From the NCBI GenBank assembly GCA_964016885.1, contig CAXHJY010000804.1:1-64000 (forward strand): a stretch of 64,000 bases of DNA. The letters are read 5' to 3'. Positions 63,593 to 64,000 of the stretch are shown in pieces (position 1 is the first letter of the stretch; each line of letters starts with the position of its first letter). Below the pieces are notes generated by a model. It searched no databases. It was not told the origin of the DNA and worked only from the letters and a program-made list of their open reading frames with translations. The DNA comes from Eledone cirrhosa (Eukaryota). The translations under genes and the position numbers were made by a program.

Positions 63593-63737
63593 AACGAGTA
63601 GGACCCCGACGGCTGAGCTCAAGCCGTTTCGACGGCTAATTCTGGACATGTCCAGAATTATTACCCACTCTACTACCCTAAGTAGTGAGTACTTTGGTGC
63701 GTTATGGGCCACTTGGTTCCTTACCACATTTCCTTCG

Positions 63738-63817
<80 letters not shown>

Positions 63818-64000
63818 TGTGTCTGTGTGTGTGTGTGTGTACATACAGTTACATACATACACACATGAAGAACATTAATCATTCCCATACAAATCAATAA
63901 AATTATATAATAAAATAAGTTCGATAATTATTTCTCCTTTGATTAATACAACAATCACAAAAACAACAACAACAACAACAACAACAACATCCAGCATCAC

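Overview
Animal genomic DNA that is AT-rich and saturated with (TA)n, (CA)n, (GA)n and (TAA)n microsatellites. The repeat content suggests a cephalopod such as Octopus (inference). The only host gene sequence I can support is one internal coding exon of a Shox/Shox2-type paired-class homeobox gene (minus strand, 46745-46938), so most of the window is probably its introns. The rest is retroelements: a young 5'-truncated Tx1/L1-clade LINE, two R4/Dong-like 3' fragments, a CR1-like LINE, two tRNA-derived SINE families and several minisatellites. The most striking content is a set of sequence-unrelated fold-back elements inserted in (TA)n tracts. Most carry hammerhead ribozyme cores (CUGAnGA..GAAA..UH), often with palindromic stem III, and many share a covarying tail hairpin (AYUC-stem-UW bulge-GAGURCY). 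In six families the inverted arm ends 0-20 nt 5' of this hairpin, which suggests Penelope-like non-autonomous retroelements with a common initiation signal. Almost all ORFs in the supplied track are microsatellite artefacts. All coordinates and pairings were read by eye.
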